This document shows, piece after piece, positions 54,842 to 63,022 of a stretch of DNA of 63,022 bases. The translations under genes were made by a program, and so were the position numbers. The stretch's first letter is position 1, and every line of letters begins with the position of its first letter. The notes under the pieces are model-generated. The model saw only the letters and a list, made by a program, of their open reading frames with translations, did no database searches and was not told where the DNA came from. This DNA is from Terriglobales bacterium (GTDB lineage Bacteria; Acidobacteriota; Terriglobia; Terriglobales; Acidobacteriaceae): NCBI GenBank assembly GCA_049509215.1, contig JBELAC010000001.1, positions 1 to 63,022 of the forward strand, read 5' to 3'.

Positions 54842-56116
54842 CTATTGCTTGAGGTTAATTGTGTCCTGCGCGACCTGGTCGAACGTTGTCACAACGCGGG
54901 CATTCGCCTCATAGCTCCGCTGGGCAACGATCAAGTTCGCAAATTCGGTGGCAATGTCGACGTTCGATTGTTCGAGAGCGCCTCCCGAAAGCGTGCCAAG
55001 GCCGCCAGTTGTTGGCGCGCCAATCGTGGGCTGGCCCGATGCCAGAGTCGGCGAGAAATCGTTACCGCCATTCCGAGAAAGACCCTGCTCGTCGGCAAAG
55101 CTGGCGAGCGCGATCTGTCCGAGCACGGCGGTCGTTCCGTTACTGAAAGCTCCCGTGATCGTTCCATCGGAGCCGATGCTGAAATTTTCCAGCGTGCCAC
55201 TGCTGGTGCCATCTTGTTGGATGGACGCCGTACTATCAGCGGCCGCCAACTGTGTGATCATCGGTGTCGACCCATTCAGCAAGTTCCAGTTCACACTCTG
55301 GGTGCTCGCTCCATCCGCGAATCCGCTGATACTGATGCCCGTGATATTGACCGGGGGCGTATTTGCAGATCCACTCCCAATCGTGTCGGAAAGTAGGTTT
55401 CCGTTGCCGTCGAAAGTCAGGGTCCCGGTCGACAAGATTCCAGTCTGCGCGGTGCCATTGACTGGGTTGAGGTCGCTTGCGGGGATCGAAACCTGATAGC
55501 TCCAGGTATTGGTTCCAGTATTGGTGTAGGTGAACGTGAGCTGATGAGGGGCGCCAAGCGAATCGTAAATGGTGGCTTGCGTTGAGTAGGTGGCGCCGAC
55601 TCCGCCGGTGGCGTCGAGGTTCGTCGTCATGGAAATATTGGCGGTAGGAGTAGCAGGACTACTCGTTCCGGCTCCGAGGGCGAGCGTACCGAGTCCCTGA
55701 CTGGTGTTGACGACCCCTTTGACTGCCTGATATCCCAGCACTTGCTGACCGTCGGCGGTTTCAAGCAGGTTATCGGTTCCGACTTCAAAATTCCCCGCTC
55801 GCGTGTAGCTCTGCACTCCGTTCTGCTCGACTACAAAGAACCCATTGCCGTTGATGGCCACATCCGTCGCTATGCCGGTAGAAGTGACATCGCCTTGCGT
55901 GAAATCGGATGGCTGGGAGGCGACTTCGACACCCGCGCCCCGCTGGATCGGATCGCCGGCGCCATCTGAGCCAAGATTCTGGTAGAACAGGTCGGCAAAC
56001 TGGATCTGCTGATCCTTGTATCCGATGGTGTTGAGGTTGGCCAGATTGTTAGCGACCGTGGATAGAGCCGTCGAACTGGCATCCAATCCGGAGAGCGGCA
56101 CTGAGAATGAAGGCAT
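54842..56116 (-). CDS. flgE: flagellar hook protein FlgE
   Basis: AAGGAG SD. N-terminal MPSFSVPLSGLDASSTALSTVANNLANLNTIGYK and C-terminal EQSNVDIATEFANLIVAQRSYEANARVVTT. Confidence 0.92.
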   Translation of the reverse strand: MPSFSVPLSGLDASSTALSTVANNLANLNTIGYKDQQIQFADLFYQNLGSDGAGDPIQRGAGVEVASQPSDFTQGDVTSTGIATDVAINGNGFFVVEQNGVQSYTRAGNFEVGTDNLLETADGQQVLGYQAVKGVVNTSQGLGTLALGAGTSSPATPTANISMTTNLDATGGVGATYSTQATIYDSLGAPHQLTFTYTNTGTNTWSYQVSIPASDLNPVNGTAQTGILSTGTLTFDGNGNLLSDTIGSGSANTPPVNITGISISGFADGASTQSVNWNLLNGSTPMITQLAAADSTASIQQDGTSSGTLENFSIGSDGTITGAFSNGTTAVLGQIALASFADEQGLSRNGGNDFSPTLASGQPTIGAPTTGGLGTLSGGALEQSNVDIATEFANLIVAQRSYEANARVVTTFDQVAQDTINLKQ

Positions 56117-56125
56117 ATGGACTCC

Positions 56126-56500
56126 TTAATGAGATACGGAATTGAGACTTGCACTTGGCACCGGTGTGGGTGTTGAATTCGTGATGGCCCCGGCCTGCGC
56201 GCTACCGCTTGAACCGGATGTACCGGAGGCGTCGGCAACCAGCGTCTGCATGGACTGGTCAATCTGGGTAAGCTCGCTGAGCGACTGGAACTGTGCCAGT
56301 TGGGCCACAAACTGATTCGGATCCAGCGGATCGATTGGGCTCTGCGCCTGAAGTTGCGCCGATAATAGCTGCAGGAACATCGTATCCAGTCCCCCCGTGT
56401 CGTCGGTCGTCGATGACGAGGAAGACGAGGAACTGCTCGCCGACGAGGCTGCCGAAGAAGCAGAATGAGAACCAAGTGACTGCAGTAGCGGAATGTACAT
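56126..56500 (-). CDS. flgD: flagellar hook assembly/capping protein FlgD (short form)
   Basis: AGGAGG SD then MYIPLL. MFLQLLSAQLQAQSPIDPLDPNQFVAQLAQFQSLSELTQI is the conserved FlgD N-domain. Only 124 aa. Confidence 0.75.
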   Translation of the reverse strand: MYIPLLQSLGSHSASSAASSASSSSSSSSSTTDDTGGLDTMFLQLLSAQLQAQSPIDPLDPNQFVAQLAQFQSLSELTQIDQSMQTLVADASGTSGSSGSAQAGAITNSTPTPVPSASLNSVSH

Positions 56501-56508
56501 ACAACCTC

Positions 56509-58830
56509 CTAAGCAAGAATGCTGACGCGTGTCTCCAGCGGCTCCTTGGAGACTTCCGCGGGGCAACTGATTTCTGATTCGTTCGCCGCAACTTTCGAAG
56601 GCGAAGCCGCAGGTTGAGTGTTCGAAGTTTGAGAGAAATTCTGCCGCGGCTGCCCTTGCTGAAAGCTTGTCGCAGTTTGCACGCCCGCGCGTCCATTGTC
56701 GAAATCGATGGCAGTGAGGTTCAGATGCTGGCTTTTCAGCCCGGCTGCCAGGCCTCCTACTTCAGAGTTGAACCATCGCGAGAGATCGCGGTCGCCATGG
56801 ATTGCCACGCCCACCTGGCTTTGCTCCACAATCGTGTGAATCTCGACATTGCCGAATGCCGCCGTGCGGACGCCGACATGCATTTGCAGCGCTGCCGCGT
56901 CCGGTATTAAATGCGCTGATGGTGACGTCGCGGCCGCATCGGCGGGAACAGGCGCAGAGTCGAGCATTTGCTGCGCAGGCGGAAGACCGGACGGAGTACT
57001 GGATTTTTCCGGAACCATAGGAGCGTCCATCGTTGATCCCGGTACGACCTGACCGGCGGCGCTGGCCGTATCGCGCGGCACTACCGGTGTCGGGGTAGGA
57101 ATGCTGAAACTATTTGAGGAAGATAATTTCTCATCACCCGGTACTACAGGCGACGAACTCGTACCGCTCAATGGATCAGGCTTCCCATCCGTCCCGTCTG
57201 CGCCGCCGGCCTCTTTGGAGTCGGCAACTGCCGGCGCGCCAGGTGCTGAGGCCGCGGTCGAATTGGGATCAGGGTATGACACAAAATCGCTCGCGTGCAG
57301 ACCAGTGATGTTTGGATTATCCGTTGTGGGCGATACCATGGCAGGATCGCTCGGAACCGTCTGAACCGAAGTATCCTCATCCGCTGCCGTCGAGCCCCCG
57401 GTCGCAACGGAACTACGCAACGGCAAAGCTGGCGATTGGTCGTTGCGGAGAGCATTCGTGGATTTGACCTTCGTTGCATTGATCGGTGGCAACTCCGGCT
57501 TGAACGCGCTTGGCTTCATTTTGTCAAACGTCGAAATCCCAAGTTGGGTCGGCAAAGAACCCGCATCAATACCTTCTCGATCGAACTTCGCAATACTCGA
57601 TGACGATTTTGACAACGGTTCCGAAACTTGGCGCCCCATCGAAGAAAATACCGTGGAAGACCGCAGTGGCGGCGATGCTGCCCCCATATCGACGGAGCGA
57701 AAGTTGCCAACGGTTTCGACAACACCAGCGATCTGGTCGCTTACCGCAACAACGCTCGACAGATTGCTGATTACCTCAGAACCGGGCGTCGCTGCAGTCG
57801 ATGGTGGCGTGAAAGAACTCGAATCGGGAGACTGGGACGCCTCCGGACCCGTCGCTAGTCCTGTGGAACTCTCGGCCAACGCGGCTGCGGCCGTGATCCC
57901 ATCGTCGCCGAGAGTTGGGCGCAAGGATGCTTTCTCAATCGAGGGAATCTCGGGCGAAAGCGCGCTAACGCTCGACACAATGTCGGGGGCATCGAAAGCG
58001 TCTTTGCTGCTGCCAGCGGATTGAATGACTGTCGAGCGTGCGACATCCGATGTCTTCTCCGCGCCCGGCTCGATGGAATTCCTGGCTATGTTCGACGCAA
58101 CGTTCCGCGGTGCCGGCGCCGAATTACTGAAAATCGTTGGAACAAACGACCAAGCCAGATCCGCCGGACCACCCGTCTCTACTCCTGCCGTTGCGCCGGA
58201 GCTCGCGCTGACAGAAGATGACATTTCTGCGCCTGGATCGGCTGTGCCTCTGCCGACAGATGCAGACACATCGGAAGTGACAGGCTGGAAAATCGGCAAC
58301 AACACCGGCACAATCAGATTTCCCGTCTGGTTGACCGGCTCCGGCTTGGCCTGCTGCGCTTCGTTCGTGACTTCAGCCGGGCCTGCCACAATGCGCATCG
58401 AAACCGGACCAATCGGCGTCTGAAGACCACTCGCCATCTTCGCGCTCGCGCCCGAAGCGGAACCGAAATTTGCACTCGCCGTCTGGTCCGACTCCGCTCC
58501 CGCCTTACCTGCACTCTGTCTTGCCGTCGCCGGTGCGCTCCTTATCTCTGCTCCGACGCTTTCCTTACAACCAGTGGTGGGTTTTCTGCTCGCCGCATCG
58601 GAATAACCAGCCACTTGCCTCGTTTGCTCGGAACACTCTGAATCGTGATCACCGCCGGGAATCGACGACCTGGGCCCCACTATAGTTGGCGGTGCCGCGA
58701 TGGTTCCCTCGTGCGTGGAATGCGCCAGCGCGTCGGCGAAGCTAACATGTCCCGGCTCGGAGATCGAGATCTCCCCCGATCCTTTCGTGACTCGTGTCGT
58801 TTCCGTGTTGGGAAACATTTCCACTCGCAT
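56509..58830 (-). CDS. fliK: flagellar hook-length control protein FliK (long, Ser/Pro/Ala-rich)
   Basis: C-terminal Flg_hook-like segment (LQMHVGVRTAAFGNVEIHTIVEQSQVGVAIHGDRDLSRWFNSEVGGLAAGLKSQHLNL). Positioned between fliJ and flgD. 773 aa. Confidence 0.75.
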   Translation of the reverse strand: MRVEMFPNTETTRVTKGSGEISISEPGHVSFADALAHSTHEGTIAAPPTIVGPRSSIPGGDHDSECSEQTRQVAGYSDAASRKPTTGCKESVGAEIRSAPATARQSAGKAGAESDQTASANFGSASGASAKMASGLQTPIGPVSMRIVAGPAEVTNEAQQAKPEPVNQTGNLIVPVLLPIFQPVTSDVSASVGRGTADPGAEMSSSVSASSGATAGVETGGPADLAWSFVPTIFSNSAPAPRNVASNIARNSIEPGAEKTSDVARSTVIQSAGSSKDAFDAPDIVSSVSALSPEIPSIEKASLRPTLGDDGITAAAALAESSTGLATGPEASQSPDSSSFTPPSTAATPGSEVISNLSSVVAVSDQIAGVVETVGNFRSVDMGAASPPLRSSTVFSSMGRQVSEPLSKSSSSIAKFDREGIDAGSLPTQLGISTFDKMKPSAFKPELPPINATKVKSTNALRNDQSPALPLRSSVATGGSTAADEDTSVQTVPSDPAMVSPTTDNPNITGLHASDFVSYPDPNSTAASAPGAPAVADSKEAGGADGTDGKPDPLSGTSSSPVVPGDEKLSSSNSFSIPTPTPVVPRDTASAAGQVVPGSTMDAPMVPEKSSTPSGLPPAQQMLDSAPVPADAAATSPSAHLIPDAAALQMHVGVRTAAFGNVEIHTIVEQSQVGVAIHGDRDLSRWFNSEVGGLAAGLKSQHLNLTAIDFDNGRAGVQTATSFQQGQPRQNFSQTSNTQPAASPSKVAANESEISCPAEVSKEPLETRVSILA

Positions 58831-59013
58831 CGCAATCCCTCAAATCGAAATGCAGGCTGAGCGCCAAAGCGACGCGGCAGAGCGGCTGACACAGGTTTTA
58901 TGGCGAACGCAATGATTTCAGGGAGTTACAGCGGCACGCCGGCAAACGCAAGCGATCATGGGAGATTGCCGGAGCAGCGTGCGGCAACGATTGCCCAGTG
59001 CAGCAGGGCAAAA

Positions 59014-59460
59014 TCAGCCGTTCCGCCGCTGCCAGCGCTGCAATAGATAAGCCGCGTCCAGTTCTTTCTGTTGCCGTCGCATTTGTTCGATCTGATAAGC
59101 GTGGCGCGCGCGCGCGCGCAGAGAATCGAGTGCCTCGCGATCCCGATAGGCCTTTTGATAAGTCGCCGCCGCCCGGTTGCGCGCGTCTTGCAGTTGGCGA
59201 ACTTCGTTTTCAATCTGTCGTCGAAATTGCTGAAGCTGGTCGCGTAGCAGGCTCGCAAACTGCAAATCGGCACCGGTTCGTCCCACACTCAGCGCGTTCG
59301 CATCGGCCAGCGCGGACTCGGCGAGAAACTTGTCGAACTGCGCCATCAATTCCTGCTTACGAGCTAGCTGAAAGGATGCTTCCTGGAGCGCGAGCATGCG
59401 CTGGTGCTCGATGCTGTAGCGCAGTCGACGTAGCGGCTCAAGCGCGAAACGAAACGGCAT
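59014..59460 (-). CDS. fliJ: flagellar export chaperone FliJ
   Basis: 148-aa predicted coiled coil (FRFALEPLRRLR...), immediately after fliI. Confidence 0.65.
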   Translation of the reverse strand: MPFRFALEPLRRLRYSIEHQRMLALQEASFQLARKQELMAQFDKFLAESALADANALSVGRTGADLQFASLLRDQLQQFRRQIENEVRQLQDARNRAAATYQKAYRDREALDSLRARARHAYQIEQMRRQQKELDAAYLLQRWQRRNG

Positions 59461-59467
59461 AATCCAG

Positions 59468-60775
59468 TCAAACAGACAAAGCCATCAGGCGCGCCACCGA
59501 ATCTTGCATGGCGGCGGCTTCGTGCGTCGATTGCATCAGAAATTCAAGCAACAACGGCAGCAATGCAATCGCCCGGTCCAGATCCGCATCGCTGCCCTTC
59601 TGGTAGGCACCAATCCTGATCAGTTCCTCGGAAGCTTTGTAGCTCGCAAACAGACGCCTGACCGAGTTCGCCATCGCGAGATGCTCTGCGGAAACCACCG
59701 CCGGCATGATGCGGCTGACGCTCTCAAGAATCGCGATCGGCGGATAATGCCCTTGCGCCGCCAGCCGGCGGTCGAGCATCACATGGCCGTCGAGCAGAGC
59801 GCGCACCGCGTCTGCCAGCGGATCATTCTCGTCGTCGCCTTCCATCAGCACGGTATAGAAGCCCGTTATGCTCCCGGAAACGAACGAACCAGCCCGTTCC
59901 AAAAGCCGCGCCAGGAGCGTGAAAACCGATGGCGTGTACCCCTTCGCTGTCGGTGGTTCTCCGGCTGCCAGTCCAATCTCCCGTTGCGCCATCGCCAGCC
60001 GCGTCAGTGAATCCACCACCAGCAGCACGTTTTTCCCGCGCGCACAAAAGTATTCGGCGATGGTCGTGGCAGCCAGTCCTGCGCGAATTCGCAGCAGTGG
60101 ATCTTGGTCGGAAGTGGAGACCACCACCACCGAGCGCCGCCGTCCTTCCAGACCGAGCGCATGGAGCAGTTCACCGACTTCTCTGCCCCGTTCGCCGATC
60201 AGCCCTAGAACCGTGAGATCCGCATCGGTGTTGCGCGCCATCATCCCAATGAGCGTGCTCTTGCCCACCCCGCTGCCTCCGAAAATTCCCACGCGCTGGC
60301 CGCGTCCGCAAGTCAGAAAAGCGTCGATGGCGCGAATGCCGCAACCAAGCGGTTGCTGGATGAGCGTCCGCGTCAGGGCCAGCGGTGCTTCCCGGTCAAG
60401 CGGATAGCGCTCGCCGCAGCCGGACGCCGCGCCTCCGTCGATGGGATCTCCCGCTCCATCCAGCACTCGCCCCAGGACCTGTTCGCTCAGACATAGTGAG
60501 GGCCGCCGTCCGAAGACCACTACCTCGTCCCCATAACGAATGCCGGCTGGCCGCCGCAGCGCCATCGACAATACCGTGTGGCCGCGGAATCCCACAATCT
60601 CTCCCGGCCAGCGCCGTCCCCGCGAGTCGATGATCTCGCAGGCTTCGCCGACCGTCGAGAACGGCCCCTCCGATTCGATCAGCTGCCCGACAACTTGCGT
60701 AATCTTGCCACGCCAGCGTAACGGCGAAGATGCATCGAGATGAGAAAAATAAGGGAAAAGCAGCGGCTGATTCAT
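59468..60775 (-). CDS. fliI: flagellum-specific ATPase FliI
   Basis: Walker A GGSGVGKST, Walker B LLVVDSLTR, and F1-ATPase beta-like character throughout. Confidence 0.95.
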   Translation of the reverse strand: MNQPLLFPYFSHLDASSPLRWRGKITQVVGQLIESEGPFSTVGEACEIIDSRGRRWPGEIVGFRGHTVLSMALRRPAGIRYGDEVVVFGRRPSLCLSEQVLGRVLDGAGDPIDGGAASGCGERYPLDREAPLALTRTLIQQPLGCGIRAIDAFLTCGRGQRVGIFGGSGVGKSTLIGMMARNTDADLTVLGLIGERGREVGELLHALGLEGRRRSVVVVSTSDQDPLLRIRAGLAATTIAEYFCARGKNVLLVVDSLTRLAMAQREIGLAAGEPPTAKGYTPSVFTLLARLLERAGSFVSGSITGFYTVLMEGDDENDPLADAVRALLDGHVMLDRRLAAQGHYPPIAILESVSRIMPAVVSAEHLAMANSVRRLFASYKASEELIRIGAYQKGSDADLDRAIALLPLLLEFLMQSTHEAAAMQDSVARLMALSV

Positions 60776-61482
60776 GGGCGCTGCTCTGTCGCCGAAGCGC
60801 CCGATGCTGGTGAAAATGCAGGAGATGCTGAGGGCCCCGCCGAAGAAACCGGAGCCCTCGGACGCTCCGCCAGCAAATCGAGCAATCCCGTTTCGATTTC
60901 TTTAAGTTGCAATTCCAGTCCGGCTTCGGATGACCCGAGCGACGTTTCAATATGGCATTCTCCTGTGCTAAGCGCCGGATCTTCGTGCACCTCCGGCACC
61001 GGCGTCCCTTCCGTCTGACAGGCGAAAAAGTGCCGCCAGTCAGCTGCCTGCTGCACATTCACATACAGGTCAACCTTGCTCCCCGCATCCAGCTTTTCCA
61101 GCGTCACTCGTACGATTCCTGCCAGAAGATGCGGATCAAGCTGCGCTTCCCGATGAATGACCTTACGCGCAATGGCCAATGCAAGCTGCACCACTTCTCC
61201 CTCGACTCGGCGGTAGTAGGCGGCGCGCTCCCGCGCGAATTGGTCGAGCGCCTGCCGGATCTGTTCGCGGCCCTGGCAAACAGCGGCATCGAGTGAAGCC
61301 TGCAGTTGTTGTCGTGTGGCCTCGCGCCCGCGCTCAAAAGCTTCCGCTTGCTGGCGGCGGCTGCGCTCTTCGGCGGATTGTTCCGCGCTCACTCCAGCAA
61401 CGCCGCCAGCGATGTGAGCTTCCGTGTAACAGAAGAGCTCCTCTTCGGCGGCTCGTGTCAGTTGGGGCGCGCTAGACGACAT
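60772..61482 (-). CDS. fliH: flagellar assembly protein FliH
   Basis: Sits between fliG and fliI with overlaps on both sides. Glu/Ala/Arg-rich helical N-half. The call is mostly positional. Confidence 0.65.
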   Translation of the reverse strand: MSSSAPQLTRAAEEELFCYTEAHIAGGVAGVSAEQSAEERSRRQQAEAFERGREATRQQLQASLDAAVCQGREQIRQALDQFARERAAYYRRVEGEVVQLALAIARKVIHREAQLDPHLLAGIVRVTLEKLDAGSKVDLYVNVQQAADWRHFFACQTEGTPVPEVHEDPALSTGECHIETSLGSSEAGLELQLKEIETGLLDLLAERPRAPVSSAGPSASPAFSPASGASATEQRP

Positions 61483-62515
61483 ATTCCTCCTGCGCCTCCG
61501 CGCTCAACACCAGTTTTCCTTCCGATTCCAGCTTGCGCGCCGATTCCACAATTTCCCGCTGCGCCTGGGTGACGTCCTTCGAACGCACCGCGCCCAGCAC
61601 CTCCATGTCTTCTTTCAGCATCTCGACTGCGCGCGACGACATCGACTTGAAAATCAGGTTCTTCAGCTCTTCGGACGCGCCTCGCAGTGCAAGTGCCAGC
61701 GTTTTCTTATCGAGTTGGCCAAGCAGTTCGCGAATCCCGGCTTCCGGTACTCCCAGCAAGTCTTCGAACGTGAACATCAGGTTGCGGATCGCGAGCGCCA
61801 TCTTGGGATCGTCTTTCTCGATGTTCTCGAGAATTCCCTTGCCGGTGTTGGGATCAAGCTGGTTCAACATATCCGCCGCACCCTTAAATCCCGCATACGC
61901 GCGCCTGCTTTGTTCGCCGAGCGACTCCAGTCTCTTATGCAGCGCAAGGGAGACCTTTTGCGCCACTTCCGGAGAGAACTGTCGCAACTGCGCGAGCCGC
62001 TTCACGGTTTCGGGACGCGTTTCTTCCGGCAGCCGCATGAGCAGCGCTGAAGCCTGGCGCGCATTCAAATGCGCCAGGATCAACGCGATCGTCTGCGGAT
62101 GCTCGACCTCCAGAAACTTGGCCAGCTGCTGCGGATCCGCTTTCTGCAGGCTCTCCAGTTGCACCACGCTCATCTCCGCCGCTCTCGAAACCTGATCGAG
62201 TAATTGCTGTGCGCCGGTGTCGCCAAAAGCCTTCACCAGCAACTTCCGGGCATAATCGGCGCCGCCTTCCGCAAGGTATCCTTGCGTCAGCGTGAGCTGG
62301 TAGTACTCCTCCAGTACGGAGAGCGCCGTCTCTGGCTTGATATGCTCCATCTCAGCGATACGCGCGGTAAGCCTTTGCACCTCCGGCTCCGCAAGATTGC
62401 GGTAAATATGGCTGGCGGCCTCTTCGCCCAGCAAGACCATTAGCACCGCCGCTTTTTGTAATCCGTGATTCGCTGCTTGTGCCATGTCTGTTCTCTGTAC
62501 GCCTTTTTCTTCCAA
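61472..62515 (-). CDS. fliG: flagellar motor switch protein FliG
   Basis: GLQKAAVLMVLLGEE, EHPQTIALILAHL, and C-terminal MFTFEDL...LSAEAQEEYV. Confidence 0.92.
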   Translation of the reverse strand: MEEKGVQRTDMAQAANHGLQKAAVLMVLLGEEAASHIYRNLAEPEVQRLTARIAEMEHIKPETALSVLEEYYQLTLTQGYLAEGGADYARKLLVKAFGDTGAQQLLDQVSRAAEMSVVQLESLQKADPQQLAKFLEVEHPQTIALILAHLNARQASALLMRLPEETRPETVKRLAQLRQFSPEVAQKVSLALHKRLESLGEQSRRAYAGFKGAADMLNQLDPNTGKGILENIEKDDPKMALAIRNLMFTFEDLLGVPEAGIRELLGQLDKKTLALALRGASEELKNLIFKSMSSRAVEMLKEDMEVLGAVRSKDVTQAQREIVESARKLESEGKLVLSAEAQEEYVV

Positions 62516-62557
62516 TCACAGCGCTCTCGGATCCGGGCTCAACCCGCGCGGAATCTC

Positions 62558-63022
62558 CTATTTGCCCTTGGGCTGCTCCCGGATCCAACTCTGCACCAGC
62601 CGGCTGGCAGCCGCCGGGTCCGACCTGATCTTTTCATTCAGTTCTTTCCTCATAATCTGTGCGCGCTTCGCATCTTCGGTACCAGCGGGCAGCTCGATTC
62701 CCGCGAGCGCTCCGGCGGCGCCAGCCGGCGCGCCCAGCGGTTGCGCCAGCCGCTGCGGAATCTGACGGAAAGCGTCCATCGCTTGCTTCTTCACTGGCCG
62801 CAGCACCATGGCATAGACGAACAGAAATAACAGCGTGATCCCTACGTATCGCAGTGCTCCCAGCCAGGGCTGCACCAGCAGGCGGTATTTATCGATCTTT
62901 CCCGGAGGCGGCACAATTTCCGCGGGAGCCGTCTGGAAGGAGAGATTTTCGAGTGCGAGCAGATCGCCGCGCTGCTCATCGACACCAATCGCTGCCCGCG
63001 CCAGTTTCTCGATGGCGGTCAT
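62558..63022 (-). CDS. fliF: flagellar M-ring protein FliF, C-terminal part (partial, runs off right edge)
   Basis: C-terminal TM segment (LRYVGITLLFLFVYAMVL) and a tail EKIRSDPAAASRLVQSWI, directly upstream of fliG. Confidence 0.8.
   Translation of the reverse strand: MTAIEKLARAAIGVDEQRGDLLALENLSFQTAPAEIVPPPGKIDKYRLLVQPWLGALRYVGITLLFLFVYAMVLRPVKKQAMDAFRQIPQRLAQPLGAPAGAAGALAGIELPAGTEDAKRAQIMRKELNEKIRSDPAAASRLVQSWIREQPKGK

Overview
This is a 63-kb chromosomal segment with moderately high GC. I infer from gene content, not from any search, that it comes from an Acidobacteriota/Terriglobia-like genome: it has CarboxypepD_reg-type TonB-dependent receptors, MacB-type orphan permeases and an egtBD pair. 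I saw no rRNA, tRNA, CRISPR array, transposase or integrase. In order, the window contains: pyrB' / GxxExxY / pyrC, a bicupin and glyA; a three-glycosyltransferase envelope block (GT4, GT39, GT21-like); two MacB-type permeases; an ECF sigma/anti-sigma pair; RNase P RNA (rnpB) preceded by an AT-rich repeat tract; a 1165-aa TBDR-like protein; an S51 peptidase, an alpha/beta hydrolase, alr, tonB and skp; two glycoside hydrolases next to an in-frame collapsed TBDR; a loosely packed regulatory/stress island (Crp-family regulator, CsbD, YtxH, an lmo0937-like peptide, four paralogous NarL-type receiver proteins and no kinase); egtB-egtD; a second ECF sigma; a non-Pyl MttB-family methyltransferase plus corrinoid protein behind a consensus CRP-type palindrome; TetR-HlyD-ABC2 export genes; and about 18 kb of minus-strand flagellar genes (fliF' to fliN/Y). 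The most interesting candidate is the last gene of the flagellar block. It encodes a Cys4 plus tandem MshEN-like (putative c-di-GMP-binding) T2SSE_N protein with no ATPase domain. All family calls rest on motifs I recognised by reading the sequence, and no database search was possible.
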